From: Paragordius varius
Lineage: Eukaryota; Animalia; Nematomorpha
Length of the DNA stretch: 64,000 nucleotides
NCBI GenBank assembly: GCA_964247055.1
Contig: OZ176054.1
Location: 5,456,001 to 5,520,000 of the forward strand
Direction: 5' to 3'
This document shows, one piece after another, positions 1-12,625 of this stretch (its first letter is position 1; every line of letters begins with the position of its first letter). Made by a program: the position numbers and the translations under genes. Below the pieces are notes generated by a model. It saw only the letters and a list, made by a program, of their open reading frames with translations, ran no database searches and was not told the DNA's origin.

Positions 1-332
1 CATAATCATAAATAAAAACCTATTGGCTAAATATCAAATGACAAATAATATTCATAAATGTTAATGAATTAATAAAGGGGATAATAAATCATTTATAAAA
101 ACAATCTAACACTAGTTGACAAACCAAAAATATATCATCATACTTTTGATTAGCGTATTCAGTAGTGAATATCTAATTTTTTATTCTACAAACACACTAT
201 TGAAAGCATATTCAATCATTCCCAATAAAAAATATACCCAAATATTTTTATTGGCATATTTTCATAAAAAAAATTGCATTTTCAAATTAATCTAACGCAT
301 GTGGCAAAAAATCGTAATCAATTATAACTTAC

Positions 333-3300
333 GATTCCTATAGCCGCTTTGTGGATAGGTGAAAGCGAAAGATCCGCAGCTTTAACCTCACAAACCAACA
401 CAGGATCAAACCAAACATCAGGTCCCCCAACTATAAATAAATACAGCAAAAATTTAAATTATAAATACAAAGCCTGAAATCTTAATGACAAATTATTTTT
501 TTAAAAAAACGTACATTAAACCTTAACATTTTAATGTAAAATATCGTTTTGGAATAGGAATTGAATGGAAAATGTAAATTAACACTCTCAATTACATTCA
601 AGATTTTACCATTTAGGTTATGTAAAAAAATAAATTTAAAAAATATACTTTCGTCTTTAAAATATATGTCTTTTCGTTCTTAAGTTTCATCTTTATAATT
701 ATAACTTATACTGTAATAATATATTTAAATATCCAAAATTTTCGGCAAAATATTAACTTTTAATCGACAATTAATGATACCATTTGATCCATCGATCCCA
801 TTGTAACCACTTACATAGTAAGATTTTGGACCCGCAATTATGTGCGGCTTTAATTTATCTCTCAATTCTTCTAAATCGGCATCTTTGAACCCGGTCCCAA
901 GCTATTTGTACAAATTATATGTTTTATAGATTTTTTTGTGTTAATGCACTTGAGTGCCTCATAAAAAATAAAAGTATATGTTATAAATAAATATTTATTA
1001 ATTTAATGATATAAACGGGATAATATATATATATTTTAAAAAAATGAAACAGTAAACTAGTCAGAATGTTTTTAGTGTCAATATATATATATATATATAT
1101 AATCGTATAATAAATTATGTTTGTATTATAACATTAAAATATTATTTTTGGACTTTAATTCTTATTAGAGAAACATTTTATCATACTATGTAGAATTGGA
1201 ATAAGCCTGTTTTCACAGGCATACCATGTTCATCGTAAAGAGAAACGTTGTTTTGATTTATGGACTTTTTACTAAATTCTTATGGTTTTCAATGCAGAAG
1301 AAAACAAAAATAGATTTATTTGAAAATTAGTATATTCAAGTTTCGTATTACACATTTATGAACCAATTTTAGTATGGGGACATATTTCCAACTATTAAAA
1401 AAATTGTAATTAGAGTGGATGGTATTACTATTTTGGTAACATAGATAGATTTTACATACTTTCTGGTCCTTATAAAAAAACTCATAAATTAGCGATTAGC
1501 TTTTAATTAATTATTGGGTACTTGATCCCTAAACATACGAAAAAAAAGTATTCCTTAAGATTTTTTAGAGAATTACCTTACAAATACTTTGATATTGTTC
1601 ATTGGCATCATCATAACAGGCGAGCAATAAGCCTCCATAAACTCCGGTTCTTTTACCTTGCCCTTGATAAGCCCCAATGATAACCAAATCAAATGTGTCG
1701 CCAGTACTGTCAATATAATCCTTTTTTAACTAAAACGATTGGGAAATATATATATATATATTATAAAATAAGTTTGCACAAAAAAATTCACAAAAAATAT
1801 TATTTGTCTAATCATTAGGTATTATTAATTAAAACCATTTTAGGTGCAAAAAATATGCACAAAATATATTATATTTAAACATAAAATAGTTATAAGATAT
1901 TAATATATATAAATTAATTGCATTACGAGGAAAATAAAGTTTTATGATGACAAATATCAAAAAAAATCGTTTTTCCAAAAACCAATAAAAGGATTAACCG
2001 TGGTTTAAGTTATAGCAAATTTTTTTTAAAAAACACGAAAATTTAAATTAAATTTATGCTAATAAAAATATTGAAGGGCAAACTTTTAGCCATTTGTTAG
2101 AGCGTTTATCGATTTCATATAGGGAATCTAACGCTTTGACCATTAATCCTTCACAATTTCCTAGGATTAAAAATATTATTTAGACACAAAAAAACAATTA
2201 AAAAACAAAATTATACCACCCGATTGTTAAACGTTATAAAAATAGATATTTATGTTAGTAATTAATTAAAACTTATTTTAAAGTATATATATGGAAATCA
2301 TATATAATCTATGCCATAATAGTAAGTAATATTCCATTGAAAATTATGGAAAACATGTTATTAATAATAAAATTTATTAGTGAAAAGCAAGCCGAGAAAA
2401 CAAATTATGATTTTGCATTTTTGTAAAATTTAAAAAAAAATGAGTAAAAATGTCATCACCTTTAACACTTGCTTCCATAAATTCTGCGATTTCATCCAGG
2501 ACGGCAGGAGAATCTTTTTCAACATCCAAATGTTGTGCAAAATGAAAATGACCTAACATACATTTTACACATAATTAAATTAAAAAATATATTTATATTA
2601 AACAATTAAAGCCAAATATAACAGAAAAAACATATTTTTCAAACTTGTAAAAAACAATAATAATAATATAATAATAAAATATGAGTTAAACGCTGTTTCC
2701 TTAAATATACGATATAATTTTATGCATTGCCTATTTAAAAAATTATATCATAAATGGGAATAACCTATATGACACCTTAAGTTTTTTTGCATATTTCGCA
2801 TAGAATTTGTTAATTTTATCGGATTCTGAGACTCATTTGTAACCCTATTCAAAATGTCTCCTATAAAACGTAAAAACGGACCTCACAATACTATAAAAAT
2901 AAAAAGCGAAAGAAATATTGATATAACCTAAATGTGCATTAAAATTGGTATAAAGGATTTCTCTCCGTTTTTTAAATGTTAGTTCTGTCAATGGATTATC
3001 ATTCAAGAAAAGAAGATCAAAAGCAAAAACACAAACGTCCACTTTGATTGCATGGGATGAAGCATCCTAAATATTTAAAAAGTATATTTTGTGCGATGAA
3101 TTAAACTGAATTTATAGGTTTTGGAATAATTTGATGCAAGCATCACCAAAATTAATGATGATTTCGTTAGAAATATCTAATTTTGTGAAATTAAAACAAA
3201 ATCAAAACTAAAGAAAAAACATTTATAAATTAATCGAATACTTAATTCAAAATAATATTTAGTAAATGTAAAAAAGCACTCTAAAAATTATATTTTATAA

Positions 3301-6300
3301 TACACTTAACCAACTTTAATATACGAATTAAGTACACTTCTAAATTATTAAATGTAAAAGTTATGAAGCATATCCCTGAAAGCATATATAAAACTAATAC
3401 TTTGCGTTTTCGAGTAGTCAAAATTTGAAAGGGTAAGATTTGTTGCTTTTCGGCATCAAAAGCTACAACTTCGGCATCCATTATAAAATTCTTAACGTTT
3501 GTTTTATCATATATTATTCCACGATTGTTGTGTGTATTCGATTCCCCGTCTAATTTTTAAATAATAATAATAAAATATTGCAAACGACTAAAAAATTTTA
3601 GTGTTTTGTTGTATTTAATGTAAATAAAATATATATACATATAATTATACAATTTTTATGTAAACTTATTGTTTAAAATTTTGAAATAATAAGTTAAAAT
3701 AATAGGACAACCAAATTTTTTAACATTTTATTGAAATTTTATTTAAATGAGCCAATAAACACTTTCAACTTAGTATACTTAGGTGATAATTAAATTTTGC
3801 TTTAGTTTTTTTTAACCCTTTTCACATCTTATTTCAACACAAGTTTTACATAAGCAAAATATACAATATTTAATATAAAGTGTATAATTCAATAAAATTT
3901 CCATTATGTTTGATTATAATTACCACTAATTTCCCTTTCCCATTGTAATTTTTCAATTAAATCGGGATACTTTGTTGTGGTATCTTCTTGATTACGACTA
4001 TAAACCCGATATGTGCCATCCGAACATAAATGAATCTTGGATGATAATATATATATATATATATATATAATAAACGTTATGTTAGCTTTTGACACAATAT
4101 AACTTAAGGTGTATACCATAGATAGTGTATAAAATAAATTATAATTTTGTGAAAAAATAAACCTACACTTATCTATGAATTCTTAAATCTCATTCTAAAT
4201 TTCTAATGCTACCTTATATACTTAAAATGGCTTAGTGTGTAGTAGCTCCCGATATATATTTATATATATAAATAAATAAACTTAGTCAAAGTAAATGATA
4301 AATAATTACTATAATTTTGCTGAATAAAATTCAATAAAGATTCGAAATTAATTAATTCTTTAGTGGACCAAGTAACTTTAAAAAATAAAATTTAAATTGA
4401 ATTTTGGAAAAATTTGTTGGGTGCCTGTTCACATATAAAAATGTTTTTATACTGGTATTTTTGATTCCAGATATTTGGAACTAAAAGAATTGATAAAGGA
4501 TTATATATACATATCATCTAATTTGTGTTGATTTGTGGTTTTCAGATTATTTATCAATATAAGTAGTTTTGACCCAAAAAACTCAGTAAATCAATATAAA
4601 ACAAATTTGTTCATGTTTAAAAACAAATATTAACCTGAGCACGTTCTCCGTCATATTTCCATTCAAATGTTAAAGGTTCTGCTAAGAATTTATCCTCGCC
4701 TTTACTTTTTGAGCCTGATTCAAATTTTTCAAGTAAATCCTTCACATCTCCTTTCGTGGGCTGTGCCAACATAGGTTTTACAGGAATGCCTAATTTAAAT
4801 TACCATATTAACCGGATAAAATACAAATGTGAATTTTTATTTAAAAAACTAAAATGCTAAAAAAATTATAAAAAATTGCCAAATTTTGGCTCTCGGTAAT
4901 TTTTTTGTACCACTAACTAAAATTCATGAGCATTTAGATCAAGCATTGGATATATCATGTTTCATATTCAAAACGTTTAAAAAATAAAATACTCTCCAAC
5001 ATAAACTTTCCCTAAATATAATTTGCATAAATTATAAATTAATTAAGTGATTGAAAACAAAACGGTTTGTCAAGCTTAAATAATACCGGGATGCATCTTA
5101 CAATGTTTCATAAGGTTGGAGATACCATGTTTCATTATTAAAGGTATAATAATATCGTAAGATGGGCATTCGCTGCAAAAAAATATAATAAAATTTCTTT
5201 AAACACTAACATTTAACTATTAAACAAAGTGATAAACATAATATATATAAAACTTGAATGCATTTTTCAGTATAGCGGTATTTTCGTCAATTTTTTTCTT
5301 ATTTTTCGATTCTAGATTAAATAAACATAAAATATACCATAGATATTTTTGATATGAACAAATTCATATATATATTTAAATATAAAACCGGTAAATGCTT
5401 GGGAGAGAGCTGCTAATATACTGGCCTGAGCTAAACCGATCCGCATTTTACCAGTGACAAATCTTACAATATATTTGGCTTCATATGATTGACTGTGGAC
5501 AAATATTTCTTTCAACTTACCCAATTTACGAGATTGGCTCTATAATATAAATTTCTTTACTGTAAAATATCGTAAAATAAAATCAATATTTTATAAAATA
5601 AAACATGGGTTAAAATCATTGGTTCTACAATGATTTTAATTAACTATTTCTTTTTATTCCAATTATTTTATATATAAATGTCTGTTTGCGAGAAAAGTAG
5701 CACACGATTAAATTTTGGTTGGCTATTTAATAAGAAAATCAAGCATTCTGTAAATGTACAAAAAAGGATGTATAATTTTTACCGAAAAACAATAGAACTA
5801 GACCAAAAACCTTTTTCCAAGAAAAAAATTGCCGTTAAAGATAGATAATAAGAAACCAAAATCAACGGTTCCAATTTCATTACTAATTTCTTAAAAAAGC
5901 ATATACATTTTGTCCACTAATTTCGGATATTTCTTTGAAAGCATCATAAACTTTTCGAACTGTCAAATGTTTTTTGGTGTTGGAAAACATAGTTTTTTGT
6001 GTGCCTTTACTTTGCTGAGCTACTATACCAATATCGCCTTTCGCTTTAATCTCATTTTTTATTGTCGCTAGCGTTCGACCTATATATAAAAATCATGGTA
6101 TTCATTGTGGCAAAAACAGTATGATTCACTTTTTAATTAAATATTAGGCAACGTATAAAAATTATGATATTTATATATGGATTTATCAAAAAACATTAAT
6201 GTTATTATCTAAAAACATATATTATAATATACTTTAATAAATATAAAACTCATCGATCTTTATAAAATTTAAGAAACTTCGGTTATGCAAATCAATGCTT

Positions 6301-7367
6301 TTAGCTCTATATATAATTATCAAAATATATTTAAAATTAACTCTTTTGTCCAAAAATAAATTACAATCATATATTACCGGTGCTTTCTGCCATTAATTTA
6401 AGCACGGCCTGTTCCCCAATATTTAATTCACGGCCTTCATAAGTGGGTGCAATACAATTTGAGCATAAATAAAGCACTGGAATGAGATCTTGGGGTGTCA
6501 TTTCAATGATGGAACCATATAAGTGAGATAGATACTCGATTATTTTTAATCTAACATTGCAAAATTGTTTAAATCAAATTTAGAGTTGGACCCCTCCATC
6601 TCCCATTATCTCTCTCTTGATATCCGCATCATGACCCATTTTGATATATTTTTTTAAATTTAATCCACTTATTTACAATGTATAGTTTAGTGGGGATATA
6701 AATATAAGGGATTCAATATACTCATAAATAGGTATGTTTGTAAAAATGAAACAAACTGCAAACAATTATCGTAGATATCGGAAAAGTAAAGCGTGGAACA
6801 AAGCAAAAATATTTAATAATCCGGTGGTAAAAAGGGCAAATTCCGGTTCTACAATTTTAAAAGGTTCAAACATAAAGTTTTTTAAAATAATAATTCAAGT
6901 AAAAACAAACTAAATCAATTTAAAAATAAATTATACCTTGATGATTCTTCCTCAATAGCTTCTAATGTTTTAGCTAAAGCCGAATAAGGAACACTAAATA
7001 TTTATAAATATATTGATATTTTAGTTCCAAATAAAATATAAATAATACGATTGGTTTGTAGCCCAAGAAGCATTTTTAACATAATCATAATCCGAATCTG
7101 TTGGGTCGTATATTATATCTTTCAATGATATGTTATCTATATTTAACAAATTGTAAACCATCATATTTTATATCTTCAACTTGAGTTTTTCGTTTTTCCT
7201 CTATTTTAATTTTCTAATATTATTACATTAAATACCTTTATAATTGGCGAAAGTTTTTGGCTAAATTTTATATAAACATTTACTCTAGTTGTATTTTAGG
7301 ATTGGTTGATACAAAAAAGGATCTAATATATTATTAATGATTATTACGTTATTTTATTTTGCGGCAT
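333..7367 (-). CDS. LIG1: DNA ligase I, multi-exon; the last exon(s) lie beyond the window's left edge
   Basis: Spliced translation gives the N-terminal PIP box MPQNKITSFF (ATG at 7367), DBD ([31 protein letters not shown]), motif [13 protein letters not shown] (exon 4635-4789), [22 protein letters not shown] (2085-2160), [21 protein letters not shown] (about 1578-1729), [10 protein letters not shown] (815-901) and [22 protein letters not shown] (333-430). The exons checked have GT-AG boundaries. The terminal GISLRFPRF exon is not in the window. Confidence 0.97.
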
Positions 7368-7955
7368 ATACCTAAATTTTTTTAAACAGGTTGTAAGGGG
7401 CGCCCATTTAAAATAGCATTTGAGCATATAATCATGATTATATGGATAATTACGACACTTATTATTTACGCTACTGGCGAATTTGAGCTAACGGTTCATA
7501 ATTGTTTAATTTCGGTAATTTTGCGAAAAATTGATAATATTAAATATTATAATTTTAATTCATATGTCAAAAATTAAACAAATAACTCAGTTTGGGCTAA
7601 AATTAATAATATGCATTATCTTTTAGGCTCAAAGGTAAAATTAATTTAACTTAAACTTCTAGTTTTTTTATTAAAAACAATGTTTGTCATATATCCTTAT
7701 ATAGTGATTGAGGTTATCCTCCTTAAAATTAAATAATATACCAAATATGTAATGTATTGAATTTATTTTGAAATTTTTGACATATTATAATTTACTGTGT
7801 CCACAATCTTGATGGAATATATGTTTTAGAAATATGCATAGGGTGTATTTTTGTGTGTTTGGTCCTTAGGAATAATTACACACTTTATACCTCTTTAGGT
7901 TTTGCATAGCAAAGCGATTTATACAAATATCTTGAGAAGGTATTATCGTTTGAGC

Positions 7956-8858
7956 CTTAACACCGACTCAAATTAGGATATAAAAACACTCCAGACTATA
8001 TTTAAGTTAATATTTTAATACTGAAAGGAACGGTCCCAATTTATGCTTCAATCCAAAAAAAATATAAAAATAAGCTGAAATATAAAAAAGGTTTTATAGT
8101 GACACTTCAATCAAATTGGGGTATCTAAATACTCGAGATTATATTTAAGTTGATTTTATCAAACTACTGAAAGAACCCAAATTATTATGCTTTTAGCCAC
8201 TTCGAAGCCATTTATGTTAGACAACATTTTTGCAAAATATCGTTTTTATTTAATTTTAAAGCTAATACTAAAGCCAATCACATCTAATATTGATAGAAAA
8301 GGAGAAATTGTTTATTTTGTATTATTTTTAATTTTAGGTAATGTACCATGCCATGGTGATACCTTGGGTTTTTACCTTAATATAAGTAATATCAAGTATT
8401 TTGAATATATGTATAATTAATTTCATTAATGTTATATAAATGCAAACTTTTGCCATTGTTTCAAGTCCTTCCATATATTTTAAAATATTTAATTTTAAAC
8501 AGGTCAGGGATATCCAACGACTCCAATTAAATCTTAGGACTGAAATAAATGTGTTTTATCCGCATTATTTAGCCCTTTTGCTCATGATTTTAACACTTGA
8601 TGACGTTTGGGAGTAGATATATACCGACCATCTAAAATTTAAATACTTAATATTTTTATCATTGAGCTAAAATTAACTTTCTTTACACTTATATACAACA
8701 CAGATTCTGTCCTTTCATTTGAATTGGGGTAATTGGTACCCCGGACTGTTTGGAATAAATATCAAAAAATAAGCAAGCAATCGAAACCATGGCAATTCAC
8801 TTATATAACATTGATGAACCGAAATCTAAAATTTATTTAAAAATACTTGATAATACCT
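7956..8858. mobile_element. Degraded/fragmented copies of the piggyBac-like TTAA MITE family (two + fragments, one - fragment cut by a Helitron)
   Basis: Similarity to the 19223-19783 element: ttaacac..caaatt..gg.tat at about 7956 and about 8101, right-end-like ggactgaaataaatgtgttttatcc at about 8537-8560, reverse fragment tttaacactt...aattggggtaa...aaatacttgata at 8590-8858. Confidence 0.65.
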
Positions 8859-9797
8859 ATTAATGAATGTCCCGACAATAGCTTCGCCCTCTTTTTAAAA
8901 TAGGCCCCCAGTTCGGGCCCACCCCGTGTGAAAAACGGTTTTTTTTTGAAAACAGAAGTCCACAAAAATCGTGTCTTTGAGACAATTTTCCGGAGAACGT
9001 GTTGGACCATTCAATTTCAAATATAATTTTTATTTACGTATTTTCGATTGCGCCGAACATAGTCGTCTCGCTTTTTTGATTTAGGCCCTCTTTTTACCCG
9101 CTCCCCCCGTAAAATGCCACCTTTTTCAAAAAACAAAGTCCATAAAAATATTTTTTTAAATCTATTTTTCGACCAAGGTATGAGACCGTAAAAATTCAAT
9201 ATGGATTCCACGTATTACCTGTTAAAAGGCAAAAATTTTAGTCAAGCGTTTCTTTGATGATAGCTGCTGGGTAAGGAGCTACCCGCGAAAAACTGATTTT
9301 TCATGTAACTTTGTGATCTGTTTCCGGAAAACCAGTGAACGCAATCAAATCCAAATATCGAAAAAATCATAAATAAATGTCCCGACAATAGCTTCGCCCT
9401 TTTTTGGAATAAGGTCCCCAGTTCGGGCCTACCCCGTGTGAAAAAATGGGTTAAGTCAATTTTTTGGAGAACGTGTTGGACCATTCAATTTCAAATATGA
9501 TTTTTGTTTACTTATTTTTGATCGCGTTGAACATAGTCGACTCACTTTTTTGATTTAGGCCCTCTCCCGCTCCCCCCGTAAAATGCCACCTTTTTCAAAA
9601 AACAAAGTCCATAAAAATATTTTTTTGATTGTATTTTTCCCCCAAGTAAACAATATATTAGTATGAATGCACCGTTTTAAAATTCCTATAATATCATATT
9701 TAAAGGATGTTTCGAAATAATCCACATATGTGGATCATTTTATTGTCCCTTATTTCAAATAGCCCCCCCCCCCAGAAGTCCGAAGGATTTACGCTAG
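8859..9797 (+). mobile_element. 5'-truncated non-autonomous Helitron (same family as 41319-43889), two internal units about 510 bp apart
   Basis: cccgacaatagcttcgccct at 8871 and 9381; ends ccccagaagtccgaaggatttacgCTAG|T at 9797 like the other copies, but without the subterminal hairpin. Confidence 0.8.
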
Positions 9798-10392
9798 TAA
9801 TTAATAACTTTCTATCAATATATACCTACTCATACTGTAATAATTCCAGATGAATCACATTTTTTGACCAGCTTTTTGGACAAATTTTTTTAAAAAAAAA
9901 TAACAAATATATAAGTTTTATTTAATGCTCTTGTTGTAAAATTCATTTTTTAGCTACTTTGGTATGTAATAATTTTAACGTTTTACATGTTAATTAAATT
10001 ATTTGCATCATTTCTCTTCCAGAGTGACTGAGCCTCAATTTTTTACGTTCTAGAAGCCCTTTGACTAAAAAAAAAGTCTTCCAAAAACACAGTAGAGTTA
10101 CCCCAAATTTGATACACTAAGTATATATATGTAATATATATACTTATTCTGAATAGATTTAGTAAACAATTGATGGATATGGATTTAATTACCATATTAT
10201 ATAATCCTTTATTAATACAAATTGCGAAATATATTTTGAGACGACCTAATAACACAAATTACTATAATATAGTAGGCCATCTTTGTAATAAATTACTCTT
10301 ATGTGATAAACCAATTAAAATTTATTTCAACATATTTTTGTACAAGAATATATATCAAATAATATTAATATGTAACTAGTTTGCGCGAACCA

Positions 10393-12603
10393 TTACATAA
10401 CTCCTGGAGGTGGCATACCTATTAGAAGAAAATATAATGATGAATTGTCAATTAAATTTCATATATATTTAATATTGGAGATAAATTAACGAAATAAAAT
10501 AATTTGTTTAGTTTTTAATATATCTATGTAAAATGTAATAATTAATTATGTAAATTGATAAAGAATGATAATTATAATCTTATACGACTAAAATAGACAT
10601 TTTAAAATAATATAATTAGTACATTAAAATCAATTGAAATATCCTAATAAACGACCAAAATCTTAGAATATAGTTAAAAAAATCAATTTAATTTTTCGCA
10701 TTAAGAAAGTATATATAGAAAATGCACAAATTTAATTAATTTTTTTCTAATATTAAATTTTAGGGCAACGTTCAATTAAAATTTCTAATAACAGATCGAA
10801 TATAATCCAAAGATAAAAAAAATATGTAAATTTTAAAAAAGAGCATTATTACACGTTGCCAAAGTTCGGCATTGAGAATATTATAACGAAACAAGTGAAA
10901 AACTTACAAATAGAATTATATTATCAAACAAATTAACAACTCTATTACAAACTTATTCCTTCATAGAATCTAAGATAAATAATATAACATAATATATAAC
11001 TAATACATGTAAAAACTTTAATTTCCGAACCCTTTAACTATAAAAATATAACCAATGCTATAAAACTACACTGAAATTTTAGAAATGGTTAAGACGGAAA
11101 AATACAGTAAATAAGCGTATTATTGGTTATAAGAGTTTTTTTATTTAATAGGAAAAAATAAGAAAGTCAGGATAAACTTTTTAAATAATTCATAATTAAA
11201 CTATATACTGTGCAATTTAAGCTGGAAATAACAAAAATTTGCGCCTCCTTTACAATAAAATTTTTTATATTAACAAAATAAAATAACATATAAACAATAA
11301 CCAATAAATATACAATTTCTAATTATTTATCAGAATTGAGCGCAAATGCTTATTGAAGAAAATAAAAAAATAATTTTGCTTAATACGCATTTAAGCTTAA
11401 TTTTAGGATCGATTATATTATTATTTTTAAACATATAATTCTATCAATTCTATTTTATCTAAAAATTTTTGGGAATTCACATACCTCCTTGAGGCATCAT
11501 CATTTGGGGTGCGGGTCCGCCCAATCCCACAGCTGGTCCTTGAAGACCCATCATTGGAGCACCTGATGGCACTATTCCGCGTCCGGCCGCTCGACCCATT
11601 CCTGGTCCCGGTGGCACAATACCAGCTGCTGCTACAGGCACGCGAGGTTTACCATCCTAAAGAAAAATAAAAATTTATTTAAATATCAAATAAAGTTTAC
11701 TAAGAAAACATATGCCTTAGGATTCATTGATATAATTTAAGATAATAATATGGTTCAAATTAAAATATTTATTTACTAAACATTCAATATTTCGTTTAAT
11801 TTATAAGCTTCTTGAAACAAAAATATCAGTCCTCTGAGTGTCAATGGTGAACTTAATTCTCATACCTACTGCTTTATTCCAAAAAACTGAATTTAGCAAA
11901 ATATAGAATGTATATAAAATAAAATTTTCATTCAATTAAATAGATTATTATCCTGAGTTTGTTAATATCGTAACATACATCAAAGCTGTTAAATCTTCAA
12001 AATTTTAGGTAGCTGATGTAAGTTAATTTTTCATATTAAATTTATGTTAATAGGAGAAAGATAAGCGAGAATGCCATCGTTGTTAAATTTAACAAACTTA
12101 GCCATAGGCTCAAATTATCCATTATGTGAAAGTAAAAACTCACCAGGATGTTACTAATAAAAACTCTGCAAATTATAACCAATATTAGTGTAAGAAACGT
12201 AACTTACTCTTAAATTAATTTTACTATAAAATATTAATTAAACCTTAAATTATTAATCTCGTTTTTATATAATATATAATATGAACTTCGGGAGGGGGTG
12301 GTCCATGAACGGTAACAGAAACAACATTCTCGCCTCGCAAAAGCACTAAGCCTAATGTTCGCTTTTCTTCCCGTTCTGTATTAGAATCATCTTTCGCTCG
12401 TATAATTCTAAACTCTTCACAGTCTGCCAAAATAACATTCATGTGCTTGTCAAACGCTCTGAAAGTTCCTATAAAAGAGCGTCCATCTTGAAAAGTGATC
12501 CGCATTCGATAGTTAATATAGTTAAGCATTTTATTCCCACGGCCGGCACCCTATATATATTTTATTTAAGATTAAATTAATTATAAATATATGATCTTAC
12601 CAT
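10393..12603 (-). CDS. SNRPB: Small nuclear ribonucleoprotein SmB (4 exons: 12601-12603, 12287-12550, 11485-11656, 10393-10418; about 154 aa)
   Basis: [49 protein letters not shown]...[28 protein letters not shown] matches the SmB Sm fold; GRAAGRG and Pro/Gly/Met tail; phase-compatible last exon GMPPPGVM*. The last exon is less certain than the others. Confidence 0.95.
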
Positions 12604-12625
12604 GTTGAAATTTGAATGGAGCTAA

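Noticed and set aside
891-902. CCGGTCCCAAGC, identical to part of the twister ribozyme core
   Set aside because: It is the antisense of the LIG1 exon start (LGTG) and its splice acceptor; the other twister elements (UAA cleavage loop, GAGGG pseudoknot partner) are absent.
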